Assembly (NCBI GenBank): GCA_965218785.1 | Contig: OZ244650.1 | Coordinates: forward strand, 1,440,001-1,504,000 | DNA length: 64,000 nucleotides | Source of the DNA: Nitrosopumilus sp. | GTDB taxonomy: Archaea; Thermoproteota; Nitrososphaeria; Nitrososphaerales; Nitrosopumilaceae | Direction: 5' to 3' | Shown here: positions 60,790-64,000 of the stretch, in pieces | Layout of the letters: every line of letters starts with the position of its first letter | How positions within the stretch are numbered: position 1 is the stretch's first letter | The notes under the pieces: generated by a model | Databases searched by the model: none | The model's input: the letters and a program-made list of their open reading frames with translations, nothing else | Told to the model about the DNA's origin: nothing | Program-made: the position numbers and the translations under genes

Positions 60790-61649
60790 AGAAGAAAATT
60801 ACAGTTATCGGTGCAGGAGGCCAGATGGGGCAGTGGTTTACAGGGTATTTTGCAGCAAAAGGTTTTGAAGTGACAGGTTTTGATACGGAAAACAAGGTTT
60901 CTGGAAAGGACGTCATAGTGTCAGACTCACTGGTAGGATCAATTTTAAAAGCAGAGTATGTTGTATTGTGCACTCCGACAAGAAGGACGCCGGAGATCAT
61001 CAGGTTAATTGCAAAGGAGATGAAGCGCGGTACATATCTTATTGAAATCTCGTCTGAAAAATCCAAGGTCGTATCATCACTCTCAAAGATGCCTGCCAAA
61101 ATTAATCCAATCTGCATTCATCCAATGTTCGGACCGGGAATAAAGACGATCAAGGGTCAGAATATAATATCAGTGCCAATCAAGGACGCCAAAAAAGAAC
61201 TGTCTGTTGCAAAATCATTATTTGAAGGCGCCAATTTTGTAACAATTGATGCAATCGAACATGATAAAAAGATAGCAGTGATTTTAGGACTGACTCATTT
61301 AATGAATCTTGTTTTTGCAAAGATTATTTCAAAGGATGAAAAGATGATGCTGACAGAAAAAATGTCCGGAACCACATTCAGGGTGCAGAAAATACTGGCA
61401 GAAAGCATACTAACAGAGTCGCCAGAACTAATTGAAACCATCATTGCAAACCCAGAGATTCGAAGGGTGGCAGAGGAGCTATGGAAGGACATTGGAAGAC
61501 TGCTCACTGCAGTTCAGGAATCAAAGACAGAAGAGGTGATCACTTACATCAAAGAATGCCAAGAAAGACTGGCAAAACATACAGACGTCAACGAGTCCTA
61601 CAAAAAACTGACAAAAATGGTCAAAGTCGTTGATAAATCACGCGTGTGA
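60786..61649 (+). CDS. tyrA: prephenate dehydrogenase
   Basis: GAGGQMG, HPMFGP, EHD. Confidence 0.9.
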   Translation: MKKKITVIGAGGQMGQWFTGYFAAKGFEVTGFDTENKVSGKDVIVSDSLVGSILKAEYVVLCTPTRRTPEIIRLIAKEMKRGTYLIEISSEKSKVVSSLSKMPAKINPICIHPMFGPGIKTIKGQNIISVPIKDAKKELSVAKSLFEGANFVTIDAIEHDKKIAVILGLTHLMNLVFAKIISKDEKMMLTEKMSGTTFRVQKILAESILTESPELIETIIANPEIRRVAEELWKDIGRLLTAVQESKTEEVITYIKECQERLAKHTDVNESYKKLTKMVKVVDKSRV

Positions 61650-61730
61650 GTCAGCTAGGATCATATGATTCATCAGGCAGGTTATGATGAAAAGTTGATT
61701 CTAAAGGTAGCGATAATAAAATCAACAAAG

Positions 61731-61834
61731 ATTACGTGCGGGAATCAGCCCGGATTGTTAGTTTTAATTCCAGATTGGGATCATCGTCTGATTTCTGAAA
61801 AGGATTACGTTCGGGAATCAGCCCGGATTATTAG
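61731..61834. repeat. 31-bp direct repeat pair, 73-bp period
   Basis: ATTACGT(G/T)CGGGAATCAGCCCGGATT(G/A)TTAG at 61731 and 61804. Confidence 0.8.
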
Positions 61835-62071
61835 ATGGTAAATCGCCTCAGATGGGCAAAAATTGAAATTTTGAGTTGAAATTGCAAGGAATACCTTTCA
61901 GATCCCAGATGGAACCTGACGGTACCTCAATATGAGGATCATATGAGGATGCTTCCATTTGTTTAAAGCAGTAAAATCGAGATCAGGCTGTTGGGAGGAT
62001 TCAGATGGATTGATGGACAAATTAATAGATGCAGGCAAATTAGGATTCGAGTCTCCGACCTTCAAAAGGTA

Positions 62072-63400
62072 CTAATCAATTTGTTGTAGATTCTCGTTTT
62101 TATTTTCATAATTTTTTTGCTGTGGCAGCATCATATAGACACATGCACCCCCACACATGGTACATGGAACGTTGTTTCCAGGATGCTGTCCGGTGCGGCT
62201 GTGAATTCTGGCTGCCTCTTCAGGATCAATTGATAGTGCCAGCTGTTTCTCCCAATTCAGGGTGCGTCTAGCTTCGGTCATCTCCATATCCCACTTTATG
62301 GCCTTGTCGCGAATTTTTACAAGATCACCTGCATGAGCTGCAATCCTATAAGCGATCAGTCCGGCCTTTACTTCTTCAGCGTTTGGCAGGGCCAAGTGTT
62401 CAGACGGTGTAAGATAACACAAAAGATCAACACCCTCGCTTGCTGAAACGGCGGCACCTATTGCACTGGCAATATGATCATGGCCAGAGGCAATATCAGT
62501 TACCAGCGGACCTAGGACATAGTAGGGCACCTCGCCAATCAGGGATTTTGCCAGTATGACGTTTGCTGCAACCTCGTTGAGCGGGACATGACCCGGACCC
62601 TCTACCATAACTTGAATGTCTTGTTCGTGTGCCCGTTTAGTCAGCTGGGAAATGTTGATCATCTCCTGAACCTGCAATTCATCATGGGAGTCCAGAATGG
62701 AGCCAGGTCTGAGTGCGTCACCTAGGCTAAATGTTACATCATATTTTTTGGCAACCTCAATAAGATAGTCATAATGAGTCAGGTAGGGGTTTTCTTTGTC
62801 ATGTTTTAACATCCATGCTGCAGTAATTGTCCCCCCCTTGCTTACAACGCCGCCATATCTTTGAACTTTGAGGATTCTTTTTGCAATATCTTTGGTAATG
62901 CCGCAGTGGATTGTCGTGTAATCAACTCCGTCTTTTGCGTTATTTTCAAATGCCTTGATATAATCATCCTCAGTCAAGTTCAAGGGATTTTTGTGAACTT
63001 CAACGCCGTAATTGTATGCCTCATAAATTGGAACCGTTCCAAAGGTAATCGGGGCAGCATCCAAGAGGGTCTGCCTTATTTTTTTGACATCTCCGCCATC
63101 GCTTAGATCCATCATGGTATCAGCATGATACTTTACGGCAATCTTGGCTTTTTCAATCTCCTCGTCCAGGTTTACATTTAATGTGGATGTTCCAATGTTG
63201 ACGTTTACCTTGGTTTTAAGACCTTTGCCAATTCCAACGTTGTGAATCTTTTGTGGTCTGACGTTGTTACTTGGAATTATTATTGAGCCACGTGCAATTT
63301 TTGGAATCAGCCAGTCAAGGGAGACGTCTTCGTCTTTTGCCACCTGTTTCATTTCATCAGTAGCAACACCGCGCCGTGCAGCAGTCATCTGAGTTGCCAT
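62072..63400 (-). CDS. thiC: phosphomethylpyrimidine synthase
   Basis: KVNVNIGTS, MDLS.GG, SLGDALRPG, EGPGH, TPSEHL, CTMCG..C. Confidence 0.96.
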   Translation of the reverse strand: MATQMTAARRGVATDEMKQVAKDEDVSLDWLIPKIARGSIIIPSNNVRPQKIHNVGIGKGLKTKVNVNIGTSTLNVNLDEEIEKAKIAVKYHADTMMDLSDGGDVKKIRQTLLDAAPITFGTVPIYEAYNYGVEVHKNPLNLTEDDYIKAFENNAKDGVDYTTIHCGITKDIAKRILKVQRYGGVVSKGGTITAAWMLKHDKENPYLTHYDYLIEVAKKYDVTFSLGDALRPGSILDSHDELQVQEMINISQLTKRAHEQDIQVMVEGPGHVPLNEVAANVILAKSLIGEVPYYVLGPLVTDIASGHDHIASAIGAAVSASEGVDLLCYLTPSEHLALPNAEEVKAGLIAYRIAAHAGDLVKIRDKAIKWDMEMTEARRTLNWEKQLALSIDPEEAARIHSRTGQHPGNNVPCTMCGGACVYMMLPQQKNYENKNENLQQID

Positions 63401-64000
63401 AAAGTAAACCATGTTGTTACCTGATTTAAACAATCATGAAAGTAACAGATAATTCCTGATCGCTTTGAAATTTTATGGAGCTATATTAAGAGAATAGGTA
63501 GATCTTATATGTCAGAAACGGTATATGGATCATTATGAGAGCTATTAGGGAATGCAGACATTGTGGGAGAGAGTTTTACAGTATGAAGGATGAATTCTGC
63601 TCTTTTGATTGTGTGTCTCAAGTATCATCATAACATCAAAATCAGTTCAAATTCAACTTGCCTTCTAGATGATGTTCTGATTGAATTTTAGCAGCAGTTC
63701 TGCAACCATCTCTTAAAAAAATAAAATGGTTTTGACAGTATATGAAGAGTCCAAGACCTTTGCTGTCAAATGCGTACCTGCAGATAATGATAGTGAAAAA
63801 GAATACCCCATACACGCCAGTGGGGGGGGTCTTGGCATGTGACAGAGGCACACAGACTGGTGGCAGCAGAAGCAGGATCTTCAATTCCCGGCAATGCCAA
63901 CAAAATCGCAGTTTCAGGCTTGGTCAAAATTCCGATTCGTACTTGATTTGATGTCTGCCATCAGATCCCCCCCCCCCAGCTAGGACCACATTCTCATAAA

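Noticed and set aside
62040-62062. GGATTCGAGTCTCC, resembling a tRNA T-arm
   Set aside because: No cloverleaf and a poor match to the tRNA-Arg end
63401-64000. TPP riboswitch upstream of thiC; short ORFs and G8/C11 runs
   Set aside because: No CTGAGA-type TPP aptamer core seen; the ORFs look spurious and the homopolymers are not tied to a supported gene

Overview
Chromosomal window that looks like a marine ammonia-oxidising archaeon (Nitrosopumilaceae). This is inferred from the archaeal ADH-synthase/DHQ-synthase-II shikimate route, the futalosine genes, a tRNA without encoded CCA and thaumarchaeal-style secreted proteins; the NHL-rich giant proteins hint at a host-associated lineage. Core genes occupy about 1-5.3 kb and 41.7-64 kb. 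Between them is a ~36 kb accessory region ending at tRNA-Arg(GCG), in two parts. (1) A defence block at 6-18.6 kb: a complete dndBCDEA DNA phosphorothioation operon with no recognisable DndFGH or PbeABCD partner. Instead it is flanked by a convergent, AT-rich GHKL/MORC-ATPase + SF2-helicase pair and a YwbE-Schlafen fusion + PLD-nuclease pair. This is the best candidate for an undescribed system. (2) A ~21 kb surface-protein cassette (4301 aa and 1557 aa modular Ig/NHL proteins). It is bounded by ~1.2 kb direct repeats and by a degenerate copy of the tRNA 3' end, and its NHL blades vary at fixed positions within a conserved scaffold. All domain calls come from reading motifs by eye; no searches were run.
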